A DNA stretch of 64,000 nt from Hemiscyllium ocellatum (GCF_020745735.1 NC_083409.1:16292789-16356788); one strand, 5' to 3'; counted from the stretch's first letter, positions 1-12,200 are shown. Numbers and translations: made by a program. The notes: generated by a model from the letters alone, not told the origin.

Positions 1-281
1 TCCATCCCATTTGAAGAGGAAAGAAAACCCAGGTCTAATTTATGGAATATGTATTTCTCAAACCCTGTAGAATTGTTATTCTGAGTAACAAGAGCCTGCT
101 GGTCATATTCATAAATACAGGGTTCCCAATGGCAATGGCTCACAAACAGTTGAGTTGAATTTCTTGGCCTAGGATCTTGTTGAGCCTAAGGGATGGGTGA
201 GGGAATTTCCATCAGATTATTGTGTTCCCCAGTGTCCCTTCCTGCCTTCCTTCTTTTCTCCATTTATTGGGAAAGAATTCC

Positions 282-611
282 GTGGGTGGCACGGTGGCAG
301 TGGGTGGCACGGTGGCACAGTGGTTAGCACTGCTGCCTCACAGCGCCTGAGACCCGGGTTCAGTTCCCGACTCAGGCGACTGACTGTGTGGAGTTTGCAC
401 GTTCTCCTTGTGTCTGCGTGGGTTTCCTCCGGGTGCTCCGTTTCCTCCCACAGTCCAAAGATGTGCAGGTCAGGTGAATTGGCCATGCTAAGTTGCCCGT
501 AGTGTTAGTTAAGGGTAAATGTAGGGGTATGGGTGGGTTTGCGCTTCGGCGGGTCGGTGTGGACTTGTTGGGCCGAAGGGCCTGTTTCCACACTGTAAGT
601 AATCTAATCTA
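282..611 (+). mobile_element. HE1-type tRNA-derived V-SINE, full length, with 18-bp tandem duplication of its 5' end
   Basis: A box GGTGGCACAGTGGTTAGC, B box GGTTCAGTTCCC, V-domain body and AATCT tail; GTGGGTGGCACGGTGGCA at 282-299 and 300-317. Confidence 0.9.
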
Positions 612-629
612 AAAAAAAATCTAAAAATT

Positions 630-690
630 CCTTGGGGCCCTGCATTCCTTCTGAAAGAACCCCTTCTGGACACAGTTGTAGAATTGCCCT
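630..690 (-). mobile_element. Possible decayed retroviral gag zinc knuckle
   Basis: Minus frame GQFYNCVQKGFFQKECRAPR resembles CX2CX4HX4C with two ligands lost; weak. Confidence 0.3.
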
Positions 691-842
691 CCTGCTCCAG
701 GGACCCCATTACTCCCTCGATTCTCCCCCTCTTGTTCCAGGCCTTGAAGTTGGAGGTTAACACTTCACACACCTTTCCCTGAGGTTTCAGCTCTGGCCAT
801 TTCCAAAGCACACACAGAGACAGAGACTGAATCTTCTTCATC

Positions 843-848
843 TTTATT
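843..848 (-). terminator. polyA signal AATAAA of cluster-1 kappa transcript
   Basis: TTTATT on +, about 525 nt past the C stop; same context (GGGAATAAAGATG) as the paralog at 44175. Confidence 0.75.
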
Positions 849-1373
849 CCCTTTTCCAGATTGACATTGACAGAAAACAGTCAGCAATTAACAGCCCAGA
901 CAGAGGAAGCTGCTCAAATTCACAGCCACAATGGAGCTTGAGGAAAACACTTGTGGAATTTTTCTCAATAACATAAGAATCCTGTCCCTTTAAACAGTGA
1001 CAAAACATTAAATTGGAACTAGCGACTGAGCAGGAAGGAGATCTGGTTTACTGAAGCAGAGACTTCTGAGGTTCACATTATTTTGTACAGCTGACAGTTT
1101 TCAGCATCTTTGAGAGGTTTTACTTGGCATCACTAGTCTTCACTGTCCAATCAAACACTCCTAGAACAGGGTCAGCATGGGGTTTGATACAGAGTAAAGC
1201 TTGTTTTTGATAATTCCAAAGACGTGCCTTAACTCGTGAACGTCAGACGTGTCTCTGAGCCAGTCCTGAGAAGGAAGAGAATTGAAATTCAGTGCTGACA
1301 ATGACCTTTGTCCTGCCAGCTCAGCCCTGTTCTGTTTAAAGTTGTATCTCCTCTGTGGACTGTCTCAAACACT

Positions 1374-1701
1374 CTACACACATTCTGATCTCTTGATGCT
1401 CTTGCTGAGGGGAGAGGGGAGGGTCACGTGGGTGAGGGCACAGGAGAAGCGAGCGTCAGACTCCCAGTCAGACCCAGAGAGGGTCAGCAGGCTGCTGACA
1501 CTGTAGGTGCTGTCCGAAGCTCGCAGGTAGTTGCTGGTCTGAACCCCATCCGAAATGATTGCACCGTCCTTCTTCCACTGCACCTCCAGCTCATCGGATA
1601 GAAGTGATTGGCAAGGCACACCAGGGTGGCAGTGCCCTTGGCATTGACCTGCTCCGGGGAGGGAGGTAGCAGGGTCAGCTTGGGCTGAGAGTTGTCACGG
1701 C
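1374..1701 (-). pseudogene. IGKC: Ig kappa (NS4-type) light-chain constant exon, cluster 1, with 1-bp frameshift
   Basis: Acceptor TTTCAG then (S)RDNSQPKLTLLPPSPEQVNAKGTATLVCLANHFY...ELEVQWKKDG...YSVSSLLTL...FSCALTH...RSECV*. This is a C1-set Ig domain with both Cys, the Trp and the terminal interchain Cys. TATCCGATG lacks one C versus TATCCCGAT in the paralog (1596-1597), giving an early TGA; a homopolymer sequencing error is possible. Confidence 0.93.
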
Positions 1702-2995
1702 CTGAAAGACAAGAGAAACTATTTTAATCCCTGTAATTCAAAGGGATTTCAACTCTGTAGGTTCACTGGCAAAACAATCCATTTGAACATTTGTATCCAA
1801 TACCTAACAAGCCCCATAAAAGGACAGGGACTTTTAAAATTGCTTCTTGTTATGTGAGTGTCACTGGAAGGGCCAGCATTTATTATCCATCCCTAATCGC
1901 CGCTGAGAAAGTGATAGTGAAAGAGAAGGGACAGTTTTGGACCATCATTTTTGGAATGTATGTGAGCAGCTGAAAGGGCTATCAATGGGGGAGCATTTCA
2001 GTGACAGTGATCAGAACTCAGTGAGATTGAGAGTAGGGATGGAAATGGAGAACCACGGAACAAGTGTAAAAGTTTTTATTTGGGAACAAACCATTTTACT
2101 AAACAGGTCAGGGATTGGGTAAAAGTAAGCTGAAAGACAAAATGCAGGGATGAAATTTACTAGGACCTGAGGAAAGCAAAGAGCTGACAGGATGAATTGT
2201 GTCCAGATGAAGTCAGTGAAATCCCAGTGATGTTTTATAATCACAGAAAGAACAAGAGAATGAAGGAATGTGAGGCCCATTCGAGAGCAGGAAAGGAACT
2301 TGTGTGCGGGGGTGGAGATGGAGCAATGGTTCCTCATGAAAACATTCGGTCTGTTTTCACAAAAGAGAGGGACAAAGCAGGAACTGTAGTTCAGGAGGAG
2401 GACTGTGCAACATTGGAATGGCATCTTTCACATCTGAAAGACTCCCAGTTCATCCAAAGAAAAGAAAGATCCATGCTGTCCCCAAGACATTTGCAGACAG
2501 TGTGGGACTTGTTTGAAATGTGGTCACTGTTGTAATATAGGAAATGTGCAAGCCAGATTGTACACAGCAAGATCCCACAAGCAACAATGAACCAAGGAAC
2601 ATTTTGAGTGACGTTTGTTCAGGAATAAATATCAGCCTGAATACAATTCAAAGAGAAAGTAACTGGAACAGTTGGATGGAAAATGAGAAAAAATGAAAGT
2701 TAAAGGAGAAGGGAGAATTGTTGGTTAGTGATGGGATTCATTGTAACCAGGAAATAAAAGGAAAGGGACAGAGCGTTGTGAATGTCATATTGTACTGAGG
2801 AAACTTAAAAGTGCAGGGAAGGTCACTATAGAACAAGCTTAAAGGCTTTGTCTCTTAATGCATGACCCATTCGGAATATGGTCGACAAAGTGGTACCACA
2901 CAAACCAAGGTAAATCAAGCTTCAAGGAATTTAAACTAATTCAAGAAGGTAGGGCCTCAGGACACTTTATTAAATCATTCGGATCAAGTACTAGG

Positions 2996-3008
2996 NNNNN
3001 NNNNNNNN
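2996..3008. other. Assembly gap (13 N)
   Basis: Run of N in the sequence. Confidence 1.
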
Positions 3009-3759
3009 AACTCCAACTCGCCTGGCCATGGACTCACTCGTGTTCAGAACGATGAGAGGGGATCTGATTGAAACATATAAAATTGTAACAGGGCTGGGCA
3101 GGGAGGAGGTTTCCCCTGTTGGGGAGTCTGGAACCAGGGGACACAGGCTCAGGGGATACAGGGTAGACCATTTAGGACTGAGATGAGGAAACATTTCTTC
3201 ACTCAGAGGGTGGTCAACCTGTGGAATTCCTACCACTGAAGGCTGTGGAGGACAAGGAACTGAATATATTCAAGAAAACAAGAGAGATAATTGTTTTGCA
3301 TTTTAACAACTTGAAGAGAATGGGGAGAGCAGGAAATGGCTTTGAGAGAGAGGATCAGCCATAGATCATAGAATGCCTACAGTGTGGAAACAGGCCATTT
3401 GGCCCGACAAGCCCACACTGACCCTCGAAGAAATTTATGACATTCAAAATTGATACAGCCATGATCATACTGAATGACAGAGCAGACTCAAAGGGCCGAA
3501 TGGCCTACTGCTGCTCCAAGTTTCTACGTGTCCATGTCTGTGTTACCTTCAATCTCTGTACCAGGTTTTTAAGTCTTTTACTCATGTAAAAAGTGCCATC
3601 CTACCTACCCTGTCACTGTTCTGAATAATCTTATCCCTCTCTATCAGGTCCCTGTTAAGCCTTCACTGCTCAAAGCTCACATTCAGGCAGCATCCTGGGA
3701 AATCTCCCCTGTACCCTCTCAGGTACAATCACATTCTTCCCAGAGTGTGGTGACCAGGA

Positions 3760-3855
3760 CCTGTCCCTCTCTCTCTCTGACTCACATCTGCCATTTCTTT
3801 CTCTCTACCTCTACCTCTCTCTCCCACTGTTAATCTCTTTCATGTTCTCTCTCTC

Positions 3856-3886
<31 letters not shown>

Positions 3887-4490
3887 CACTCTGTCTCATA
3901 GCCACTCTCTCCAACTCACTGATGCTTTCTCACTCCATCTTATCATCTGTTTCTCCATCTCTCACTGTCTCTGTTACTCGCTCCCTCTCTCACTTCAATT
4001 AAAAGCCTCCAATTGTTATCTGTCACTCTCTATTCCTCCCTCTTTCTCTCTCCTTCCCTCTCGACCTCCCAATTTACAGTCTCTCTCCCTCTCTCTCTGT
4101 CATTATAAATCTACCCATACTCATCTCTCTCTCTCACACTCAACCCTACCCTCCCTCTCAACTCTCTTCATGCTTAGTCTCACACCCATCCTGTCTCTCA
4201 CTCTCTCTCTCTCTCTCCTTGTCTCTTTCTCTCTCTCCATCCCTCTCAGTCACACTGTCTCACATCTTGTTTCACTCTCTATCCCTCAGCCTCACCATTT
4301 CTACCTCCCTCTAACTCTCTCGGTCCCCTCACATATCTTACACCGTATCAGATGCTCGTCCCTCTATCTCTCTCTCTCACTTTCTTTCTTTCTTTCTCTC
4401 TCTCTCACTCACACACACACACACACACACGCCCACACTCACTATTTTTCCCTCCATCTCTCTCTCTGCCTCACTGCTCTCTCTTTCTGA
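3760..4490. repeat. CT/CA-rich low-complexity tract; mirror GA-rich tract at 32150-32550
   Basis: Strong pyrimidine bias with (CT)n and (CA)n microsatellites. Confidence 0.85.
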
Positions 4491-5315
4491 CAGTGTCCTG
4501 GGTGGTGACAGTTGAATGCAGGATAAATCTCCCTCTGCTCTGCTCCACTAATGGATGTTAACCCTTGACCCCTGTCTTCTTCTGGAGTAAGGCCCCATTT
4601 CCACGTTGACCAGGGTTTGGCCTCTGTCAGGAAGATGCACAGATTCTGGTCAAATGAAGGGCAGTTCTGTGCAGTTCTGTGCTGTTGGCCTATTCTCACT
4701 GGGGACTGATTTGGACACAAAGCTCATTCCATGAAGGCCCAGCAGAGAGAGGAGATCCTCAGGCCATCAGCGTGAGTTGGAGGCACAGGACAAGCTCTGA
4801 CCCACTGACCCATCCTGTCCATTCACAACATGTTCCAATCCCTTCCCCTCTCCTTCCCCTTCCATGGTCAGTCTTTTCTGAAATGGAGTGGTCCCTTCCC
4901 TGTCTCACACCAAGGAGGAGATGGACAGATATTTAATGGGTAATGGGTTAAAGGATGATGGAGAGTGGGCAGGAAAGTGGAGTTGAGTCTGAGATGGGAT
5001 CAGCCATGATTGTATTAAATGGTGGAGTGGGCTCAAGGGGCTGAATTGCCTGCTCCTGCCCCTAGTTCTTATGTTCCTCCACCCTCTCCCCCATCCCTCT
5101 TACTGCAACTTTGTGAACATTCTTGGAATGTTTGGATATTGAAGGAGTTATGTGAATTCAAGATTTGTGTGGATTTAATGTGGGGACAGAATTGCACACG
5201 GGCTGTGATAGCTCCTGCGGTTGAATATCCTGCTGGCAGGCTTCCGCCTTCCATATACAGAATGGGGAAGTGGGGGAGGTGGGAATGTACTGCTGGGGTA
5301 CACGGCACTGTCCTC

Positions 5316-7450
5316 TAGCAATGTGGTTGACTCTCTAGTGCCCTCTGAAATGGCCGAGCAAGGCTCTCAGTTTTATCAATTGTGACAATGTTTCAACAAA
5401 GAAATGAGACCGGACGGACCACAGGCATCGATCTAGACACCGAAAAGACAATGACAGAAACAGTCCTGTCTACCCTGCTCTGTCCTCCTTACTGACATTT
5501 GGGAGTTAGTGCCAAATTCAGGAAAGCTGTCTCACAGACTAGTCAAGCAACAGCCTGACACTGTCATACTCACAGAACCATACAGACAATGTCCCAGACA
5601 CTACCATCACTGTCCCTGCATGTGTCCTGTCCCACCAGAAAGGCAGACCCAGCAGAGCTGATGACACAGTGGTCTACAGCCAGAAGGGAGTTACCCTGGG
5701 AAATCTCAAAGCTGGCTCTGGACCTCATGACACCAGGTTAAACATGGGCGAGGAAACCTCCTGGTGATTACAAGATATCTTGCTCCCTCGGCTGATGAAT
5801 CAGTCTCTCCTGGGTGTTGAACAACATTTGGAGGAAGCACTGAGGGTGATGACAGCAGAGAGTGTACTCTGGGTGGGGGGTTTCAATGTCCACCACTGAG
5901 AGTGGCTCGGCAGCAGCATTACTGATCGAGCTGGTTGGTTCCTCATGGATGTAGCTGAGGGACTGGCTCTGCAGCTGGAACCAAAAGATGGAAAAAGATG
6001 CTTGACCCCATCCTCACCAATCTTGTGGCTGTAGATGCATCTGTCCTTGACAGTGTTGGTAAGAGTGACCATCACACAGTCCTTGTGGAAACAAAGTCTG
6101 ACCTTCACATTGAGAATCCCCTCCATTGTGTTTTGTGGTACTATCACCGTACTAAATAGGACAGACTCCAAACAGATATTGCAACTCAAGGCAAACTCGT
6201 AAATGGGGATGATTGCCAAAGATTGCATAATGCTCAGCACTCTTCCCAACTCCTCAGATACTGAAGCAGTCCACGTGCAAATGCAACAATATCTGGACAA
6301 TATCCAGGTTTTGTCTGAGAAGTGACATTTCCCATTGGTGCCATGCAAATGCCAGCCAATCACCATCACCAATAAGAGACAAACTTAACATCGCCCCTTG
6401 ACAATCAATGCTATTACCATCACTGAATCCCCACGATCAACATTCTTGAGGTGCCATTGACCAGAAACACAACTGGATTCACCAAAGAAACACAGTGGTT
6501 ACAAGAGCAAGTTAGAGGCTACGAATACTGCATCCAGTAATTCAACTCCTGATCCCCCAAAGCCTGTCAACCAAGTCAGGAGTGTGAGCAAATACTCCCC
6601 ACTTGCCTGGACAGGTGCAGCTCCAACAACATTCACAGAGTCATACAGCACAGGAACAAACCCTTAAGCCAAACTTCTACATGCTGACCAGGTTTTCTGA
6701 AGTGAACTCATCTTATTTGCCTGCATTTCACACATATCCCTTGAAACCTTTCCTATCTATGTCGATTGTATCCTATGTCTTTCTTATCCACTCAAAAAGC
6801 TTGATACCATCCAGAGCAAAGCAAACTCCTTGATTGGCATCGCATTCTCAAAACATCCAAACTCACCGTCACTGACGCTCCATAGCAGCAGTGTGTATTA
6901 TCGAAAAGATGCACTGCAGAAATTCATCACCGATCTTCAGATAGCACCTTCCAAACCCATGGACAAAAATAGAAATTGCAGGAAAAGCTCAGCAGGTCTG
7001 GCAGCATCTTGGAGAGAAATCAGAATTAACATTTCAGGTTGAGCATGAAATATTAACTCTGATTTCTCTTCACAGATGCTGCCAGACCTGCTGAGCTTTT
7101 CCAGCACTTTCTATTTTTGTCTCAGATTTACAGCATCTGCAGTTCTTTTGGTTTCCCTCCAAACCCACGTTCACTTCCATTTAGAACAAGAGCAGCAGAT
7201 ACATGGGAACACTGTGAGCTGCAAGTTCCCCTCAAAAAAGCTTAGCATCCGGACTTGGAAATATGTCGCTGATCCCTCAGCCTTGCTGGGTTAAAATGCT
7301 GGCATTCTCTCCCCAACAGCATTGTGGGTCAACTTACGTCTTGTGGACTATAGTCAAAAAGTCAGGTTCCCACCGCCTTCTCCAGGGCAACTAGGGACAG
7401 GGTAAAAAATGTTGGCCCAGCCGGTGAAGCCCACTTCCCACAAGTGAATA
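5316..7450 (+). mobile_element. Decayed, internally deleted APE-RT LINE (L2/CR1 group) sharing its tail with the SacSINE-like SINE
   Basis: APE start VLLTDIWELVPNSGKLSHRLVKQQPDTVILTE (about 5483-5580), GKSDHHTVLV motif (about 6060) and RT C-terminal remnants near 6570-6630; related fragment at 28220-28750 (+). Confidence 0.7.
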
Positions 7451-7721
7451 TGCAAAACCAAATGAAGTGTCCCTCAGGAGGGGAGAGGGAATGTTCAGGA
7501 TCCTGAACTCCATTTCCCAGCCCAGGCAGTTTGTCTCCCAATGAATGAATGAGATGCCAATTTGAAGCCCAGGTTCAGGGCAGTCTCACTCTGTGGACAT
7601 GAGGTCTATAAGAGAGAATTGGAGATTGAGCTGTAAAGGAAAGATTTGCTGGGTTATGGGGAGAGAGAGGGGAGCAGTGGGATTCACTGGGTCATTCAAA
7701 GGCATGATGGGCTGAATGGCC

Positions 7722-7990
7722 TCCTCCTGTGCTGTCAGATTCCAGGGAGTGCAGACAGTTTACAGTTTTCTCCCATCTCAGTAACAAACACCCAGCTGCT
7801 CCGAGCTCTTTCTTTCACTTCCTCTCTTGATGAAGTTTCAACCTTGTGCTCTGACAGTCTTTGCATTTATTTTTTACACTGGGGCTTTCTGCTGTGGTCA
7901 GAAACTCTAATAATAAGTGTCCAATCAGTGACATTCACAGCAGCTAAGAGCAGTCAGGACTGAGGAGCCAGGCTCACTGGGAAACACATT
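7722..7990. promoter_or_regulatory. Conserved non-coding block, candidate Ig enhancer, copy 1
   Basis: About 90% identical (inverted) to 27770-28055; contains EICE, E-box, kB-like, RUNX and MEF2 motifs. Confidence 0.5.
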
Positions 7991-9224
7991 GGGAAGATCA
8001 AAGCCATCCTCTTCAGCTCCTGGTACAAGCTCCATCCCTCTCCCTGAGCACTGTCTGCTGCTCAACCAGACTCTTTACAACTTTGGCCTCATCTTTGGGG
8101 CTGATTTGAGGCCCAAATCCTCCACATCACAATTATCAGCCACTGAAAATCTCAACCATGTTTTTGTGACCATTCCAATGATATCCAGGCCCACATCACA
8201 GCCACTGACTTCCGTAAACATCAGCTCATCCCAAACTCTGCTGTCTGTTTTCAAACTCACACCAAGTCCACCCCATACCCCTGCCCAAACCTCCCCACCC
8301 CACCATGACCACCACAATCCTCACTGACTGACATAAGCTCCTGGTCCAGCAACACCTCGATTTTTAAATTCTCATCCTTGTTCTCAATCTGCTCCCTGTT
8401 CTTCCACCCTCCCTATCTCTGTGACCTCCTCCAAGCTGCCTCACTCAGTGTGATCAATAATCTTGGATATATGGCTCTCTGTTTCTTCATCCAAATCATT
8501 GAGAAATATCGTGAAAAGCTGAGGTCCCAGCACAGATCCCTGGGAATAACACTACTCACATCTGTCTCATTGGAACACACGCACATTATCCTTCCTCTCT
8601 GTCTCCTAGACAGACCCATTCCTGACCCAAGGTAAATGCATTTCTCAAATTCCAATCAATTCCATGATTAGGAGATGCCGGTGTTGGACTGTTATGTAAA
8701 TGTTAAAAATCACACAACACCAGGTTCTAATGCAACAGGTTTGTTTGGAAGTATTAGCGTTTGGAGCACTGCTCCTTCATCAGATGGTTGTGGAGTGTAA
8801 GATCTGAACCAATGCTTCTTTTGTGGAACATACTTAAATGTTTTTTGGAAGTCCCGATAGACAATAGCCATCGACATTCCCTTATATCCCAAACTAATGA
8901 GCTCCTAACAAAGTGTAATCCGGTTATTTAAAGATGTCTGAACCTTTGTCAATCCAGGCTGTCTCTCTCGGACCAGTTCATATTTGTCCGTTATTCTGCC
9001 TTTAAAAACAGACTCAATCACTTCCTGACAACAGACATTCAATGGAGATGTTCATTGTAATTGAGGCTCGTAAACAGCTAGCACTGACACGAGGGGCTGA
9101 ACAGCCTCCTCCTGTGCTGGCATCTTCTCTGTCTCCTTGACGGAAATATTTTACAGATTAAAAACTAAAGACCAGCAGCAAATTTTAAAATATAAATTAA
9201 AATCTCCTCAAATAATTCCCACAT

Positions 9225-12200
9225 ACAGGGCCGGGCGATGTGTAGTAATTGTACGATGGGGAAGGTGGTGGAGCCCATTGTAGCTCAGAGTGACCACATC
9301 TACAGCAAGTGTTGGTTGCTCAAGACACTCCAGCTCAGAGTTGATGAGCTGGAATCTGAGCTTCAAACACTGCGACACATCAGGGAGGGGGAGAGTTACC
9401 TGGACACTGTGTTTGGGGAGACAGTCACACCTTGTAGGTTAAATACTTCAAATTATGGCCAGTGGTCAGGGACAGGAGGGTGTGACCAAAAGTGAACAGG
9501 CCGATGCAGCCTGGATTTAGCCTTACAGGTGCCTCAGCTCCTTGTCCAACAGGAATGAGGTACTTGCTCCCTGTGTCAATGAGGAAAAGGATTGTCGGGA
9601 GAATGGGCAAATGTCGTTTGAGGATTTTGGTGATAGTGACCATAACTCTGTAAGTTTCAAAGTCATTATATAAAAAGATAAAGATAGGGCAGAAATTATA
9701 ATGTCTAAACTGGGGAAAATGTAGGGATGTGTAGGTTAGGTGCATTAGCCATGGGAGATGCAGATTTACAGGGATAAGGTAGGGAGACAAGTCTGGGTGG
9801 GATGCTCTTCAGAATGTTGGTGTGGACTCATTGGTCTGAATGGCCTGTTTCACGCTGTATGGATTCTATAATTCGATGACTCCTAAGGGCAGTCATTGCT
9901 GGCTTGGCCAGAGATGTCCATTTCCTATGAATGAATGAAGGAAACCACTGCACCATGGTCCAGGAGACCACTCAGATTGGGGGAGCATAAAGAAAAGAGG
10001 GGTCTTGATAATGAGGGGAACTGATAGCATCCTTTGTGAGCAGGATTGAGAGCCCCACTTGGTGTGTTTCCTGCCTGGTTTCAAGGTAAGGGCATCTCGA
10101 GCCGGCTTTTAAGTATAACAGACCTGGGGGTGTGGAGGGGTGGGGGCGATTGAGGATCCAGTTGTTGTTGTCTGTGTTGGGACCAACAACATCAACAAAA
10201 ATCGGCAAAAGGCCCTATTTGGACAATATCAGGAAAGCTATCAGAAGGATATTGATTAAACAGTTGGAGAGAAATAAGCAAGAGGTGAATACAGCATCAG
10301 TGCTGAGGAACAGATTCCAGTGAATGGGCCATATACGAGTTCTATATACGAATGCACGGAGCGTAAGGAATAAATACAATAATCTGCAGGCACAAATTCA
10401 AATTTAAGATTGTGGTATCGGATCAATTACTGAGCCATAGTTGCAGAATCATTCAGATTGGGAACGATATCTATCGGGTTAGAAGGTTCACAGGATGGAT
10501 ATGGGAAATGGCAGAAGAGGTGGAGCAGCTTCATTGATGAGGGAAAAAATGGCTTCAATGGTGAGGGAGGTCATAATGAGGAGAAAACATTCAGTGGGAC
10601 TGAGGAGCAGGAAAGGATCGAAAACTGTGGTAGATGTTGGATACAGACCCCCCTGACAGCAGCTCTGAGGTGCTGGATTATATAAATGGAGGAATTAGAC
10701 AAGTGTGTAGCAAAGCCAGTGTATTATTAATGGGGAAGTTTAACTTTAACTTAGATTGGGAGACAGACAAGCCCTCTGTCAGAAAGGTAGTGAATTGCTG
10801 CTGTGTGTCCAGAATAGTTTCCAACAGCAATAGGTCCTGGATACAACAAGGGGACAAGCAATATTGGAATTAGTAATGAATAATGAGCCAGATTTAGTTC
10901 GTAACTATTTGTGCATGAATATTTATCAAATAGTGATCATAACATGATCGAGTTCAGTGTCGCATTTGAAAGTAAAAAGCATGAATCAGCTGCTAGAATT
11001 TGAGATTAAGGTAAGGGCCGACTTTAACGAGATGCGACAGAGACAGTCCACAGTAAACTGGGAAAATCAGCTCATGGGTAAAACAACTGAAGAACAGTGG
11101 GGAATACTTAAAGGAACATTCAGCACAAAACAAAGCCAGTTTATACCTGAGAGGGAAAAGCGAACAAACAACAATGGTCAATTAAAGAGATAAGGGAAAG
11201 AATAAAATGTTTAAAAAAGGCTTACAGAAAAGCCAAAAAAAGGACAGATTCCGCTGAATGGGAAGGATACAAAAGGGCCTCATATCAGCTTCTAAGAGCT
11301 ACCAAAAGGGATTCTGAAAGGAAACATGTAAGGGAGAACAAAATCAATAAGGAGAAATGTTACAGTTCCATAAAAGGGAAGCTGGGAGGTCAGGAGCAAT
11401 GTTGGCCATTAAAGACTGAAAGTGACAATGGGGAAATGACAGCCATGTTAAATAAATACTTTACCTCAAGATTTGCAGCAGAAAAGGAAGAGGACTTGCC
11501 TGAAGTCCCAAAGGAATTAACAGAGGATCTGTGTCAGGGACTGATTAGATTCCCTGCAGTGTGCAAACATGCCTTTTGGCCCAACCAGTCCACACCGACC
11601 CTCCGAAGAGTAACCCACCCAGACCCATTTTCCCTCTGACTAATGCACCTAACGCTATGGGCAATTTAGTGTGGCCAATTCACCTGACCTGCACATCTTT
11701 GGATAGTAGGAGGAAACCCATGCAGACAATGTGCAAACTCCACACAGGCAGTTGCCCGAGGCTGGAATTGAACCAGGGACTCTGGTGCTGTGAGGCAGCA
11801 GTGCTAACCATTGTGTCACCTAAATAAAGTTAATGTCAATAGAACATGTGTAATAAGGAAAATAATGGAACTAAAGAGTGACAAATCCTCAGGACCTGAG
11901 AGTGATAAAGTAGTCATAGACCACATTGCAGATACCCTGACTATAATCTTTCAGAGTTACCTGGATTCAGGAGTCGTACTTCTGAATTGGAAAATTGCAA
12001 ATTTCATTTCACATTTAACAAGAATGTTAGAGAAAAACCAGGGAATTACAGGTCACGAAGCCAACGTTTGTGGTGTGGAAATTGTTGCTGTCTATAATCA
12101 AGGATGGGGGTAACTGAAGACCTTGAAAATGGTCAGTTAATCAGGGAGAATCAGCATGGATTCATGACAAGTTGGTCATGGTGAAAAAAACTCATTGAAC

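Noticed and set aside
282-380. tRNA genes at HE1 heads
   Set aside because: A/B boxes run into a SINE body; no complete cloverleaf
4170-4561. Leu/Ser/His-rich ORFs (also 12629-13015 and 32123-32699)
   Set aside because: Translations of CT/CA/GA low-complexity tracts
5800-6372. 190-aa minus-strand ORF
   Set aside because: Antisense to the LINE endonuclease region
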